A DNA stretch of 64,000 nucleotides from the human T2T-CHM13v2.0 reference genome, Homo sapiens, in the NCBI RefSeq assembly GCF_009914755.1, contig NC_060925.1; one strand, 5' to 3'. The notes under the pieces are model-generated. The model did not search any database, was not told where the DNA came from, and saw nothing but the letters and a program-made list of their open reading frames with translations. The stretch's first letter is position 1. Each line of letters starts with the position of its first letter. Positions 42,012 through 59,478 of this stretch are shown here, piece by piece. The position numbers and the translations under genes were made by a program.

Positions 42012-42160
42012 AAGTGGATCTCAAACTTCATTATGAACACAACACACCTGGGAATGCAGATTCCAGGTCCACGTACTTCCAGAATTCCCTGACTCAAGAT
42101 CTGAGCTGGAACCTGAGAATTGATATTTTTAATAAGCACCCCATACTCTGAAAAACAAAG
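42012..42160. mobile_element. MER5A-like fragment
   Basis: AGTGGATCTCAAACTT...AATGCAGATTCCAGG...ATTTTTAATAAGCACCCC. Confidence 0.7.
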
Positions 42161-42568
42161 CCCAAATTATTTGTCTAAAATGTAATTATTTGGGCTCTGG
42201 TCCATTGCCTGGGGCAAACTTCATTAATTATATCCTCATTAATAAGGACCAGAGACTAATGCAGTGATACGTAGCAATCAGTGTTAGAGTTAATTGAAAT
42301 TTAGATCTAACATCTCTTCTTTCTTTGAGCAATTTCCCCATGTTTAGAGTAGAGGACTTCTTTAATGATTTGTGACAGGAAGATGTGAGGGAGAGGATTT
42401 GAAAGTAATTGTGACATGTGTTTCCAATTAGGATGCCTTTCTTCTCCAGCCTGTGGGCTGTGCCTTCTGCAGCTCTATGGAGGGTCATGTTGAGAGAGGC
42501 CCCTGCACCGGGCCCAGTGGACAGGGTGTGAACCAGGGACCTGGCTCACTCCAACTCAGGTGTAGTGA

Positions 42569-43007
<439 letters not shown>

Positions 43008-43139
43008 TGAATGGGAACTTAAGAAGCGGAAGAGAATCTGTAGGCAGGCATCTGTTATGGTAGAAGGGGCCATAGAAGGAATTCTGCATATTCAATATGA
43101 AGAAGATCATCTGTATTTGGTGGAAGTAAGTACTGGAGA

Positions 43140-43345
43140 GGGTAGTGATGGGGTGTCAAGAACTCATGATCCCTGAGAGCTGCTCTCAAATATTTGAAGG
43201 GCTGTCATGTGGAAGCTACGGTTAAGCCTTCCTGGGCTACTGTAGAGCAAAGCTGAGACCAATGAGCAGAGAGACTGGGAGAAATATTCTTACTCAATAC
43301 ATCCATTTATAAAAATAATTATCGCTCTTTAAAAAGCAAATGGTA
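43140..43345 (+). mobile_element. L3/CR1 fragment
   Basis: TCAAATATTTGAAGGGCTGTCATGTGGAAG...GACCAATG...CTCAATA matches the L3 3' consensus as recalled. Confidence 0.8.
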
Positions 43346-43653
<308 letters not shown>

Positions 43654-43663
43654 TCAAATGGTA

Positions 43664-43905
43664 TCCGGAATATGTCAATCCACAGGGACAGACTGCAGAC
43701 TGCTGGTTGCCAGGGGCTGGGGGTGGAGGGGAAAGGACAGCTCCTTAATGAGCACGGGGTTTCTTGTGGGGGCAATAAAAATGTTTTGGAACTAGATAGA
43801 GCTGGTGGTTGCAAAACTTTGCAACACTTTTCAGTACTAAAGGCCACTGAATTGTACACCTAAGATTGTTAATGTTACGTTACGTGAGTTTCACCTCAAT
43901 TAAAA
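43664..43905 (+). mobile_element. L1MB-type 3' end
   Basis: GGTTGCCAGGGGCTGGGG...AAAATGTTTTGGAACTAGATAGAG.TGGTGGTTGCA...CCACTGAATTGTACAC. Confidence 0.9.
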
Positions 43906-44467
43906 GAAATGAATTAGCAGAGACATTAATTAAAGTGGTGATTTAAAAGTTTTCGATGAACAAATTCAGTCTGTGGTTAACATTTAAATTAATAAAAAAT
44001 CAAATATTGTTCTCTTTTTCTCTAAGAAAATACGTAAGTGAAGGTTTTGTGATTATGCTTCCAGGAGACAAAAAAGAGACGTCTGCATTAAGTAGAAAGT
44101 GGCATTAGGTATGAACCAAGGTAACCAGCTTTTCTTTTTAAAAAACGTAATCCTTTTGTCTTTAAATTAATTTTATTTTGGTTACAAAAATTATTTGCTA
44201 TTTGTAGAAATTTTGGAGAATTTAGAAAACATTAATGACAACTACAAGTAACTTTCAATGACTATCTAATCTAACACGTATATGTGTTCAAAGTAGTTAA
44301 TTATTCTTCTATTTAGGTTGTTTCCAGTTTTCAGTTTTACAAGTAATACTGTTTTGAACACTAGTGTACATATTAATTTTGGATTATTATTATAAGTTAG
44401 GTATCTAGAAGTAGCATTAGTTTCTTACTAACAGATCTTGTACTCTAACATTTGATAAGTTTGAGTA

Positions 44468-45102
<635 letters not shown>

Positions 45103-46548
45103 TATCTGTTTAGGAAATCAAGTGTCTGTGGTCCAGGGAAAGATGAATGAGATAGCTGCTGCACCCCCTCATACCCCAATAAGAATAAGTGTGGAAACTG
45201 ACACTTCAAAACTCCAGACCAGGCCAAGGAGCTGGCAGACCAGGCAGAAGTTAAGCAGAAGCAGGGAAAAGAACATGTGCTTTCCATCTCTCTGTACACT
45301 TGTCAAACCATTTTAATTGTAATTTTTGTTTGCTTGGGCAAATGGTTTTTAAGCATAATAGATTTATGTTGAAGATCCAGTTACCATTTCAATGCAAGGG
45401 AATAGTGAAGGACAAAGGAAAATTATTTGAGGGAGATTTTTTTCTCAAGAAAAATACAAGAGAAGAATTTACTGGTGAAGAATAAAGAATATATGTGACT
45501 AGAGCATCAGTATGAAAACTTCTAATAGTGTGTTAAATAAATATCTATTAATAAGAGAAAAGTCTCAGCTTCAAATGGGACAATATCCTTCAATATTAAT
45601 AGAAAATATACATTTTAAAAATAAAAAGTGACTTGTCTGGATAACTCAGCACCGGGCTAGTAGAATCATTCCAGAAGTTATAATTAAAATTCCACCTATT
45701 TTCCTACTACTAAGGCTCTTTCCTTCTTTTCACAATGAATTACTTATTCATCTTGATCTCACACATGAGCTTTCTGTCGCAGAACTTATAAGCAGAGGAC
45801 TTTATTGAAAATAATTTTAACCACTGAATGCAGTTTGCTCTACTTTTTGCTAATTGTAATACATTCTTACTTCCCTGACGCATTGATTTAAAGAAAAAAA
45901 CGATAAAAGCAATATGACATTTGAGATCTTACTTGTTTGAAATGCTGTATTTTAAAAAGTTTCCAGAATCATTCCATATAAGGTTTCATGTAAAATACTC
46001 ACATTCATATTTCAGTTTGTTGACAGAATTTGTTATACATTTAAGTTATTAAAGTTATGGCCCTGATAGTAGTAGAAATTTAATATCCTCTATAATCCCA
46101 ATTCCTGTTCCTGAACTCTCCATTAGACAACACTACTTTGGCACTTTCAAGGAGATGTAAATTAATCATTCTCAACACATACTTATTGTGAGCCTACTAT
46201 GTGCCAGGTGCAGTGGTGGGTACTAGGAATACAGCAGATATGATCCTGTCTTTCCTAGAATTTACATTCTAGAGAGGATATACAGATAATACACTAGTAA
46301 ATGTTATAAAATATTTTCAGATAGCAGGAAGTTCTATGAAGGACATAAAAAGAGATGATGGTAGTAGAGAGAATGGTGTGGGGTAGGACATAATTAGGTT
46401 GAATGGTTAGGGGGCTTCCCTATGGCATGCAACGTGAGACCTGAATAACAAGCAAGGATGATACCCAGATGTGTGAGGAGAGAGAAGAGCTAGCATGAGA
46501 ATGAACTGGGATGAGGACAAACTCTTCAGGTTCTTAGAAGAGAAAGGT

Positions 46549-46857
<309 letters not shown>

Positions 46858-47218
46858 AGAAGAGAAAGGCCAGGATGGTTGGAACTTACAGTGCGAGGGG
46901 GCCAGTATCCAGAGATGGGGATACGGCAGATGGGGACCAGATCATGCATGGTCTTATGGACCGTGATAAATGTTTGGATTCTGTGTTTGGTGAGAAGCCA
47001 CAACAGGGTTTAGAGTAGCAAAGTGACATCATCTAATTTTATGACTTGGAAACTTAACTCATACTGCTTTATAGAGAAAGGTATATTGGTGAGAATGTAA
47101 GTGGAAGACCATTTAAGAATTACTGGAATAATCTACAAATGAAAAATAATGGCAGTTTGCACTAGGGTGGTAGTGGAGAAAAAGAGACAGAAATGGCTTT
47201 AAGAGGGTTTCAGAAATA

Positions 47219-47523
47219 GTCCGGTGCGGTGGCTCATGCATGTAATCCCAGCACTTTGGGCGGCTGAGGCGGGTGGATCACCTGACGTCAGGACTTCAAG
47301 ACCAGCCTGGCCAAAATGGTGAAACTATGCCTCTACAAAAAAATACAAAAATTAGCCAGGCGTGGTGGCATGCATCTGTAACCCCAGTTACTCGGGAGGC
47401 TGAGGCAGGGGAATCGCTTGAACCCAGGAGGTGGAGGTTTCAGTGAGCTGAGATTGCGTCATTATACTCCAGCCTGGGCAACAATAGCGAGATTCCATCT
47501 CAAAAAAAAAAAAAAAAAAAAAA
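47219..47523 (+). mobile_element. AluS
   Basis: TSD GTTTCAGAAATA. Confidence 0.95.
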
Positions 47524-47870
47524 GCGTTTCAGAAATAAAAACAACGTGTCACATATTCCATTAGAGGTGAGACTGGAGCAAAGTTTTTGAAGTAAGCAAG
47601 ACTAGAGGAAGAAGAGTCTCAGGCAGAACTCAAGGGTTCTATTTTGGCCATGTTAAGTTTGAGATGTCTATTAGATTTACATTTGAAAAACTCAGGTTTT
47701 CTAAAGTTTACATGAAAGGTGAGAGTGAAATGTACACACTGGAGTAAGAACAATGCTTAAAGTTAGGGATACGGATGAACATATTTAAACAGAAACTAGA
47801 GAAGAACAAGAGATAAGAAACAGCTCTGTGGTCCTCCAGCCTTAAAAAGTACTATCAACTTTAACAAGAA

Positions 47871-48243
47871 GGCCAGGAGCAATAGCTCACACCTGTAATC
47901 CCAGCACTTCAAGACGCCAAGGCAGGAGGATTGCATGAGGCCAGCAGCCCGAGACCAGCTTGGGCAACATGGTGAAACACCATCTCTACAAAAAAATTTA
48001 AAAATTAGCTGGGCTTGGAGGTGCACAGCTGTATTCCCAGCTACTCAGGAGGCCGAGGCAGAAGGATAGTTTGAACCCAAGAGATCGAGGCTGCAATGAG
48101 CTCAATCTCCTCTGCACTCCAGCCTCTGTGCCCCTGCACTCCAGCCTCTGTGCCTCTGCACTCCAGCCTGGGCTACAGAGCAAGCCTCTATCTCAAACAA
48201 CAAACAAACAAACAAACACAAAAAAAAAACTGAACAAAACAAA
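47871..48243 (+). mobile_element. AluJ with internal 22-bp tandem repeat
   Basis: J diagnostics; repeat at 48109-48169; (CAAA)n tail. Confidence 0.92.
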
Positions 48244-49382
48244 ACATACTTTAACGGGAACACTTTCAGTGGAAATGTTTTGAAAATGAAGCCACATTAG
48301 ATAGGAAAGAGGTGAGGATGTAGAAACCATACCTATAAGCAAGACTTTCTGGAGATTTTACAAACACATAGGACAGAAATAGCAGCGGGAATGGGGAGGA
48401 GGACTGATGAGGTTAAGGAAGGGTTGTGGGTGATTTCAGTCCAAGTGATGTGCAATTGTGCCATTAAGCTTGCTCTTCAATAAAACAACTACAAATGATT
48501 CCAACAAATCCTGTAAATCCTCAATACATACACTTTTACAAGTCTAATTAATTGGGTACTAATTTCCTCCATTCATAGTTTTGATTATTTACTAAATGAT
48601 TTTTGTTAAATGGACCTACGAGTCCAACTTCTTTTTGCCTCACTTTCACACTCCATAGTTAAAATAATGTGTTACTTTCTCCCCCTTTAATGAGATCAAA
48701 GTACATCAGAATTAGATAATATCTCAGAAGTGCTTTAAGTCTCTTGGAAGTATTCTATTATCAGGGAGACTTTTATTATTTTTCCTCATTTACTCATTTC
48801 CTTTCTCTCTCTGGGAGGGCACTTTTGAGATTACATGAGGTTGGAATTTATGAGTAAAACAACACAAATACTTAACCCAAGTACTAGCACTTAAAGAAAA
48901 AGGGATAGGGGTCATTGCAAAATATTGTAAATTTGAGGACTAACAATTTGGTTTCGTGGGTTTTCTTCCTGAGGCTGTGTTCCAGAGAGGGCAATAAAGG
49001 GTAAAACTCATTAGTGCATCATTATCTTTTGTCTGAGGGAAACAATGTGTGGTTTCTGGGCAGCCCACTTGGTGTTTGCATTGGTCCTGGAAGTATTTCA
49101 AACCAACTATATTGTTTGAACAATTCCCCCTCTTGAACATAAAAAGGACCACCACTAAACCACAGAGTTAATGCTAAATTACTAGGTGATGATTCCTCTG
49201 GCTCCTAAAGGTTTCTAGATCTCAGTCATTGAAATCATGGATCTTTCTTCTAATGAGAAAGAGCTAAGCCTTTATGGTAGACCTCCCATACAGTCCCCCG
49301 CCCCATGCCCCAAGTATACTCCATGGACTTCTGAGAAGTTTGGTTTGGAATCAAGGTCATTGAGTTCTCTCCAACCCTGACT

Positions 49383-49512
49383 TTTTTTTTTTTTTTAAGA
49401 GATGGGGTCTTGTTATGTTGCCCAGGCTGGCCTCAAACTCCTGGGCTCAAGCAATTATCCCACCTCAGTATCCCCAGTAGGTAAGTCTAGAGGCATGCGC
49501 CACAGCACCAAG
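49383..49512 (-). mobile_element. FLAM (free left Alu monomer)
   Basis: Single monomer flanked by TSD CAACCCTGACT. Confidence 0.88.
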
Positions 49513-50149
49513 TTCAACCCTGACTCTTAGTGGTAATTCTTTAGGAAGCGCAAAATGATCTTAGGTCAGACCTGCACATTCACAGTTATGAGTAACTGTG
49601 TAACTGATTAATAGATTTGATGTTGAAAATCCAGTCTGTTTTCTCTTTATCAAAATGAGGCATTAAATGGATACTGGTGATTTTATTTGTATTCTATTGT
49701 TCCCTAAACTTATTTAGCTGCCTTGGGGATTTCATTAGACTTTTCATTTTGAATGATATTATTAGAAGAGCATTTATGAGGATATCTTAAAAACACATTT
49801 GGGGGCATCTGGGAAGAAAACTCCTTTCATAGGGACTTCCAGTATGTATAATACTATATACTGTGTCTCTCCAAAAGAATGTTATTTGATTTGCTGTTTC
49901 TCAGGTTGTAATCTCTTGTCTAGATTTAAACAACAACAACAAAAATCACCTACCTCCTGATTTGTATTATTTCCCAATTATGAGAAAATTTCAGGGTTTT
50001 AGAGACCTAGAAAATTGTAAGTGCCAGCAAGTGAGCCTTAATTCTGAGCCAGAATTGTGGGTTTTAATTTTTGTTACTACTGTTATCATGCCCAGTGTGA
50101 TCCAGTGATGTAACACGTATTGGAAGATGGGGGTCGGCCAGGCTGATTT

Positions 50150-50350
50150 CAGTCTGGGCCCTGGAGCTAGACCGTCTAGGCTCCAGCTCTGTCTCTAGTA
50201 CTTGTCACTAGTGAACACTTGGTGAACACTTTAGGAAGTCTTCAAATCGCTTTGTGCCAGAGTTTCCTCATCTATAAACTGGGGAAAACAATACAACCTG
50301 CTCATAATGTTATAGTGAGGATTAAATAAGGTAATACATATCAGGCTTTC
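50150..50350 (+). mobile_element. MIR
   Basis: CTGGAGCTAGAC...AGTTTCCTCATCTATAAACTGGGG...GTGAGGATTAAATAAG. Confidence 0.88.
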
Positions 50351-52974
50351 ACAATAAATATTTGTCCAAAAAAACAAAACAAAACCATGAAGTCCCATTT
50401 TCCACATGAGAAAACTGAGCTGCCACTATTTTTAAGAACCAGAATTCAAACTTATGATTTTAAAAGTTCCTTGCTTTTCCCAAATATATCACAATTACCT
50501 CCCTTTACCTATCGATAGTTTAACAGTGTTCCTTTCCAACTGTATCATTTTAAGTATCTAAAGAAAACCACTAAATTACATTTAAGAATTGTAGCAACCC
50601 TTTGTTGGATCATCTTAAAATTCTTAGTAAATTTTGTGCAAGGAGTCTCACATTTTTGTTTTCCACTGGGTCTTATATATTATGGAGCTGGTCCTTTATG
50701 CAGTACTATTTATTTGGAAGTATCTCACAAATACAAGGAGAACTGAACTTCTCAGCCCTCTGAATGGGAATTATAGTTGTGATGCTATGATAAACCATAG
50801 TATGTATTCTTACTCCTTAGTGGGCTAAGAGCTTCATAGCATAATATTTTAAGAAAATGAACAATCAAATTATCTTAAATCTATTAACCAGCCAACCTTA
50901 CTTAACAGTTTATGTTTCAAGCCATGGTTCACAATTTTTTGTGTGTCATGGCATGCATGTACAAGCACACAGATACAAACACACACATCAAATAGCTCCT
51001 GGGGATAAATATATGAGTCTGATCACACGTAGAGGCTTGGCTATTCCAGAACTCTCCTGGTCATCCTGAATATCTGAGATTATTTCAAACCAGCTATGTT
51101 GTTTACCAACTATATTATCAGGAAGTTTATCATCTAGTCAAGAGAAATTCCTTGCTTTTTTATAATAATGAATTTGTTAAAAATAATACAAATTTCAAAA
51201 AATGGCATTATAGCTAGGAACACACATAATGCCAGCAGAAAATAGGAGTCCTCCTACATAGACCCACTGCCTAATCCCCCAGCTTTCAACAGCCCGAATC
51301 CTACATAGCGTCAATCAAAGGCATTTCAGAGATGCTGAGATAGTGAAGGCAACATCGTACGAAGCAGCAGGTTTTGTCATTGATGTCACTTTTATTCATT
51401 TCCACAGTAAGAGCAAAATTTCATAATTCCTGCCAATCATGTCTGCTAAACTCCTTTTACATCAGCCAAAAAGTTGTTTTTCACTTTCCTAAAAGACACC
51501 AATTTCTCCCAATTAATTTAGGCTGTACTTGACCCATTTATGCTCTGTGAAGGGCTATATATTCTTGGAATAGAGAGATGCTTGGCAGAAGCAAAAATTG
51601 CCGTTTTGAAATATTATCATCCATCAATCTTTATCATCAGTTGGAGAGATAGACCTAATTAAGTCATTCATATGTAAAAGGCAAAATCAACAACTTTTCT
51701 TGATAAATGTACTTGCTTTTTCTTTAAAGGATGGACACAAATTTTAAACAGAAAATACATCCTTAGTTTTTGGGTTTTTTTAAACATTTTATCTGCTAAT
51801 TCTTCTCATGTCTGAAAGTCAAGAGTTAACAACTGACATCTAAGAGTTTCTGGATTTGTTGTCTAGATCAATTAATAAGAACAGATAATTCTATTTGAAA
51901 ATCATGTTCTCATCAAAGAATTACATCTCATTCAGAAACATCCACCTCACCAAAATAAACACCCGTTTTCATGGCAACGAATTTCACTCTGCTCCTACTT
52001 CAAAAGTTATGCCATTGGTCAAAAGAGGCTTTGGATGAAAATCTGCATGCGTGGCTTGGTGCTACCAAACATCACTAATGGGAAAACAAAGGCTCTCAAA
52101 GTACATATTGTCTTTACAAGTGACAGCATGTTTATGTTGCTTGATGAATTTATTTCTTGACAGACTTCAGTTATTTCTAAAGACTAGTGTTCTTGTGGGT
52201 CTTCAGGGTGTAATAAATAAAGAGACAATACTCAATGGAAACCAAATTTCAGGAACTGATTCATTACACACACACATACATACATATTAGGCTAAAAGTT
52301 TATAACTATGTGAAAGAATTTTACAATAGATTCTCTCAAAAAGCAAATATTTTTGGAAGGTGAAGAAACACTCCTCAAGTTTTCTAAGTGTTCAATTCAC
52401 ATATTAGTTTAAGGAAAAAACAAAAGGCAGTGATGTGTATGGGACCATGTGTCCGCACAACAAATGCTCTTAGACTGGATATAAAATTATAATTGGAAGT
52501 TTTGTCTCACCCTGCCCATGATGATATAGGTAGCTCCTTGCTAATGTCACTGTTTGAATTGATTCTACTATCACAACTTTCTCCTAACTTCTCTAGTTTT
52601 TTTTTTTTCCTTTATTTCCTTTCTTTTTGCCACCTTTATTTTTTCATGCTTCATCTCTATCCTGGTAACAGGACTTAGCCTTTATAACCACCGTTTTCCA
52701 AAAATAAAATTCCCATATTCCCACCGATAAACCAATCAGTAATACTAAGTTTCAAAAATTATTTTTGGACTCTTGGTCAAGTTAGATATCAACATATACG
52801 GTATTCACGTAACATTTTTTTAAATCTGAAAGCATATTTGTTTTGATAGAGATTAAATATTCTTTCTTCCTCCATCCTTTTATTTCTCAAGTTTTCTGAA
52901 ACCAATCCTTATTGTTTGTCTACTCTGTACTGGGGATAAAAAGATACATTTTTTTTTTCTTGAGGGCATCATCA

Positions 52975-53435
<461 letters not shown>

Positions 53436-53743
53436 TCAGTATGCAATTTTTGTGTGTATGAGTATGCCAAGCACATGGTCAATTACCCTAATTTGCTCTT
53501 AAAGCCTTTGAGCCTAGGAGTCATGTGTTAGAGTTGGGATGAGCTCTGGTGGTCAACTAGTCCATTCTCTTTCAAACACAGGATTCCAAGCAGCAGAATG
53601 CAGGGGGACAAATAACCACCTCAACCTTTACTGTCTCTTTTCACAAAATGGTCATGGCTGAATGAGGCTTTGGGACAGTGTGAGTGGACTCTGCTCATAG
53701 ATAAGTTACCTTGAGGAACAAGACTGAAATAGATGTTTCATAA

Positions 53744-54145
<402 letters not shown>

Positions 54146-54540
54146 TGATATTTTGTCTTCATGGGCAAAAAAAAAAAAAAAAGCATTTTAGTTTTTGTTT
54201 GTTTGTTTTTGCTAAATTTAGCTTAGAACCAACAATCTGGTTCAGTATCCCATCCTCTGGTTATTTTTTGGAAAAGCAGGACAACATAAAGTACCAAAAT
54301 ACACTCTTCATATAACTGTGGTTTAGGTGAAATCTGATTTTGATGCCATTAAATTCCATCTGGGAGTCCCTTGCTCTGTTCCATTCCCTATGCTGTCAGT
54401 TATGAAGGCTTTATATTTTCCTGGTTCTGTCTTGTGAGTGATGGAAGCAGCTTATAGATGTCCACACACAAAGACCTTAATATGTTCTCTCTTTCCCCTG
54501 CTTTCTCACTGTTCTATATCTTAAAAAAATGAAACGGGAG

Positions 54541-54862
<322 letters not shown>

Positions 54863-55083
54863 TTAGCATACCAAAGGAAGCGCAAATGGGGAAATGGCAG
54901 GTGAAAATGACATCTGTTAGAATATTTTCTATTCACACTAGAGAACTTGCCTGGGGTCGCCCATATTGTGCTTAAAATGGCCAACTCTTTCTACCTGTAA
55001 GGCCACCAACATTTCATACACATTGGTGGTCACATATGTGATGTATTTTTTTTCTGTGTTTTTAAAATATAATTTTAAATGTA

Positions 55084-55412
<329 letters not shown>

Positions 55413-56248
55413 CTAAGACAATAATTGCAATTTCAAAGAAAATCCTGAAACAAAGAGAAAGAGACGAAAAAAGGGATTATACTGAAATGAAAGAGCAAAT
55501 ATAGAGCACAGACTTTTGAAACGTGAATGCCAGGGAAAGCCGTGAATAACACTCTGGGCAAAGTCCTCCCCTGACAACAATGTATCTGGCTTCTGGCACA
55601 TTCAAGTCCCCATTGAATGCTTTACCTTGGCAAAGCAATTTTGGAACAGTGGTAATTAAGACAGAGAAGAGATTTAATGGTAAATACAATTTTACCACCA
55701 ACATCTAGTGGTAAAATGGAGCTGGACCCATTAATAATGAAAATTTACAGTAGATTTATAAAATGATTCCAGAGAAATCTTTAAAGGTCCCTAGAGAACG
55801 TCATTGTTGTCAGGAGTAAAAGGCACCTCTATGTTATCAGTTCCTTTTATATGAATGTTTGCCCTTGCCCCTGAGAAAACATTGACTTACACATTTGTTA
55901 ACTTTTAGTAATTTAGGTGACAATTTTCTCTGGTGTTTGCTAAGACTAAAGCCTGTTTGGTGAGATACAATACATTGCAACTTCGTGCTCCTGTGTCACT
56001 CTATTGTTTGGAGTTCCTTTCCAGGAAAGAACACTTCATCTATCTCGAAACAACCAATGTAGATGTCCTTGAGCTTTATTTACAAAGAACAAGAGGCCAC
56101 GAAGGAAGAAAAATCACAGGTAAATCACAAGCAAAATCAAAGAGTTTTCTTCCCATCTCCATAAAACACCTTCTTAAAAAAAGATTCAACAATGACTTTA
56201 ACCATGAAAAAAGAAGACAGTGCTATTTATATATTTTTGAATGGATAA

Positions 56249-56745
<497 letters not shown>

Positions 56746-56799
56746 ATTTAACAATATAACTAAAGAAAACTCCATACCAATACACAAGGAGTGTTCTCA

Positions 56800-57270
56800 C
56801 TGTTTTTTTTTGTTGTTGTTGTTTTGGAGCTGCATAGTCATTCATTAAATGTATTGTAAGAATTTATTTAACCAGTAACTTATTGATGATCCTTTAGTTT
56901 TTTTGTTTTGTTTTGTTTTGTTTTTTCATGTGTGTGTGTTATTTGCCACTACGTGCAGGATTGCAATGAAAAATCTTACACATGGGTTACTTAAATATAT
57001 GAAATTTTACCTTTAATATAAACTCCTAGAAGAAAAATGGCTATGTCAAAGGCTGCATGTAGCTGCAATTTTGATAGGCATTTCCAAACAGTCTTCCTTA
57101 GAGGCCATGGCAGTTTGTATGCTCAGCAACCACATATTTTTGCCAATGTTGTGTGTTACTAACATTTAGTTTTCATTTCCACATTAAAAGGTTAAGTAAC
57201 TTTTGATTTATTTAACATCTATTTATATATTGTCTGTTTAAATCCTTTACTCATCTTTTAATCATTTTGA
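56800..57270 (-). mobile_element. Old L1 fragment
   Basis: CTGCATAGTCATTCATT, AACTCCTAGAAG, AATTTTGATAGGCATTTCCAAA. Confidence 0.6.
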
Positions 57271-57275
57271 TTGAC

Positions 57276-57565
57276 TTTTTTTTAAGAGACAGAATCTTGC
57301 TCTGTCACCCAGGTTGGAGTGCAGTGATGTAATAATCATAGCTCACTGCAACCTCAAACTTGTGAGCTCAAGCAATCCTTCCGCCTCAGCATCCCAAGTA
57401 GCTGAAGCTATAGGCACATGCCACCTCGCCCAGCTAATTTTTTATTTTTTGTAAAGACGAAAAATAAAATGTTGCCAGGTTGGTATGAACTCCTTGCCTC
57501 AAGTGATCCTCCCATCTTGGCCTTCCAAAGTGTTGGAATTAGAGGCATGGGCCACCACACCCAGC
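57276..57565 (-). mobile_element. AluJ
   Basis: ATCATAGCTCACTGCAACCTCAAACT..TGAGCTCAAGCAATCC. Confidence 0.9.
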
Positions 57566-57689
57566 TCAATGGATTTTTTAGAGGTAATTTACATATTATA
57601 CTCTTTGTCTATGACATGTATTGTAATTTTTTTAAATCTAGTTCATTGTCTTTTGATTTGCCTATGAGATAGAATAGGGAGTTCAGAAA

Positions 57690-57980
57690 AAAAACATAGA
57701 TACATTTGGGAATTTAAGAAGTGATTTATGGTGGCATTTTGAATAAGTGCAGAATTATAGATTTTACAATAAATGGTGTTGGGACAACTGACAAGTAATC
57801 TGTATAGTATAAGGTTGGGTTAATTGCTCACAGTACACCAGTACAAATTCCCCAGGGACCTGAGATATAACTGAAACAGAAAAGCATTAGAAGAAGCCAT
57901 AGAAGAATGATTTTTTAAGATAATCTACTTGTGGTGAAGGCCTTCCCAAGTGTGACATAAAACAACAAAAGCCATACTAG
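57690..57980 (+). mobile_element. Old L1 ORF2 fragment
   Basis: CAATAAATGGTGTTGGGACAACTG, GAAGGCCTTCC.AAG..TGACA.AAAAC. Confidence 0.75.
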
Positions 57981-58154
57981 AATGAAATGTGTTTATTTTT
58001 TGATGACCTTTCTTTTGCACACTTTTTTCCTACCATGGTTTTCTGAACTACTTCCAAGACAAAAATAGACATATCAGCAGGGCCTCAGCCCCTTTAGCAC
58101 GAGCCCAAAGTGACCTCATGATAATGATGTTGAAGCAATGGGATTTAACAGCTA

Positions 58155-58355
58155 GGCCAGTCGTGGAAAGCCCAGGGGCTTTGGGGTCAGGCAGGCCTAG
58201 TTCTCACCTCCTGTCCCAGCTACTGAGACACCGTGACCTTGGGCAGTTCACACATTGACTGTGAGCCTTAGTTTTCTCTACTTCCTCGGGAACCTCAGCT
58301 ACATTCCATGTGAATGTAAAGCACCTAGTGGGTGCAGGCCCTAAATGACTGGTAC
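58155..58355 (+). mobile_element. MIR
   Basis: GGCTTTGGGGTCAGGCAGGCCT...GTGACCTTGGGCAG...TGAGCCTTAGTTT...TGTAAAGCACCTAG. Confidence 0.82.
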
Positions 58356-58681
58356 TCACTTCCTTTCTCTCCCTTCTCCCTTTAACACTGGATTCTGTGC
58401 AAGCTTCTGACCATTTCCCAATGACACACTTACTGCGCAAGAAATGTCCTAATTTCTTTCCTTAAGATTTCTGAGCTGTGTCCAGTGCTGTGTCTCCATG
58501 TAGGGGTTGTGCCGCAGGTAGGTCTACTGCTCCTTGCTTACCTTCTCTCTGGAGAGATAGGCAGCAGGCCCAAAGGATGGATCTTAAGGCTCTCCTGGCT
58601 CTCAGCCTGGAGCCATGAGGGGCTTTTCTGGAATGAAGGGAAATGGGGAGGGCTCTACTTGTGCAACCTGTAATCCTCCTG

Positions 58682-59478
58682 GATTTGTTTTCTATGGCAG
58701 CCGTAGCAAAGGGCCACAAATTTAGTGGCTTAAGACTCCACAAATGTTAATTTCTTTTTTTTTTTAAACAGAGTGCTGGAGTACAGTGGCAACCAATCTT
58801 GTCTCACTGCAACCTCCGCCTCCCGGGTTCAAGCGACTTTGGTGCCTCAGCCTCCCGAGTAGTTGGGATTCCAGGTGTGCACCACCACACCTGGCTAATT
58901 TTTGTATTTTCAGTAGAGATGGGGTTTCACCATGTTGGCCAGGTTCATCTTGAACTTGTGACTTCAAGTGATCCACCCTCCTCGGCCTCCCAAAATGTTG
59001 CGATTACAGGCGTGAGCCACCGCGCCCAGTTCTAATCTTACTATCTTAGAGTTCTGTCGGTTAGAAATCTGACATGGGTCTCACTGGGCTGGAATCAAGA
59101 TGTCAACAGGGATGTGTTTCTTTCTGGAAGTTCTAGGAGAGAATCATTTCCTTGCCTTTTCCTGCTTCTAGGAGTTGTGTACATTGATTGGCTCCCGGTA
59201 TTATTTCCCTATCTTCAAAGCCAGCAACGTTGCATTTCTCTGGCCATTCTTTTGCAGTCACATCTCCTTCTGACCACAGCCAAGAAACGTACTCCTGCTT
59301 TAAGGACTCACGTGTTTATATTGAGCCTGCCTGGATTACCCGGGATAATCTCTCCATCTGAGGTCCTTAACTGAATCATATCTACAAAGTCCCTTTGGCC
59401 AGGTGAGGTGACATATTTACAGGTTCCAGGGATTAGGACGTGGGCATCTTTGGAGGGGGGCATTGTTTCGTCTGCCAC
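58682..59478 (-). mobile_element. MLT1D-like MaLR LTR interrupted by an Alu
   Basis: CCACAAATTTAGTGGCTTAA, GGGTCTCACTGGGCT..AATCAAG.TGTC, ACAGGTTCCAGGGATTAGGACGTGG.CATCTTTGG. Confidence 0.9.
58755..59029 (-). mobile_element. AluS with deletion near its 3' end
   Basis: Antisense dimer; ACAGAGT joined directly to GCTGGAGT. Confidence 0.93.
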
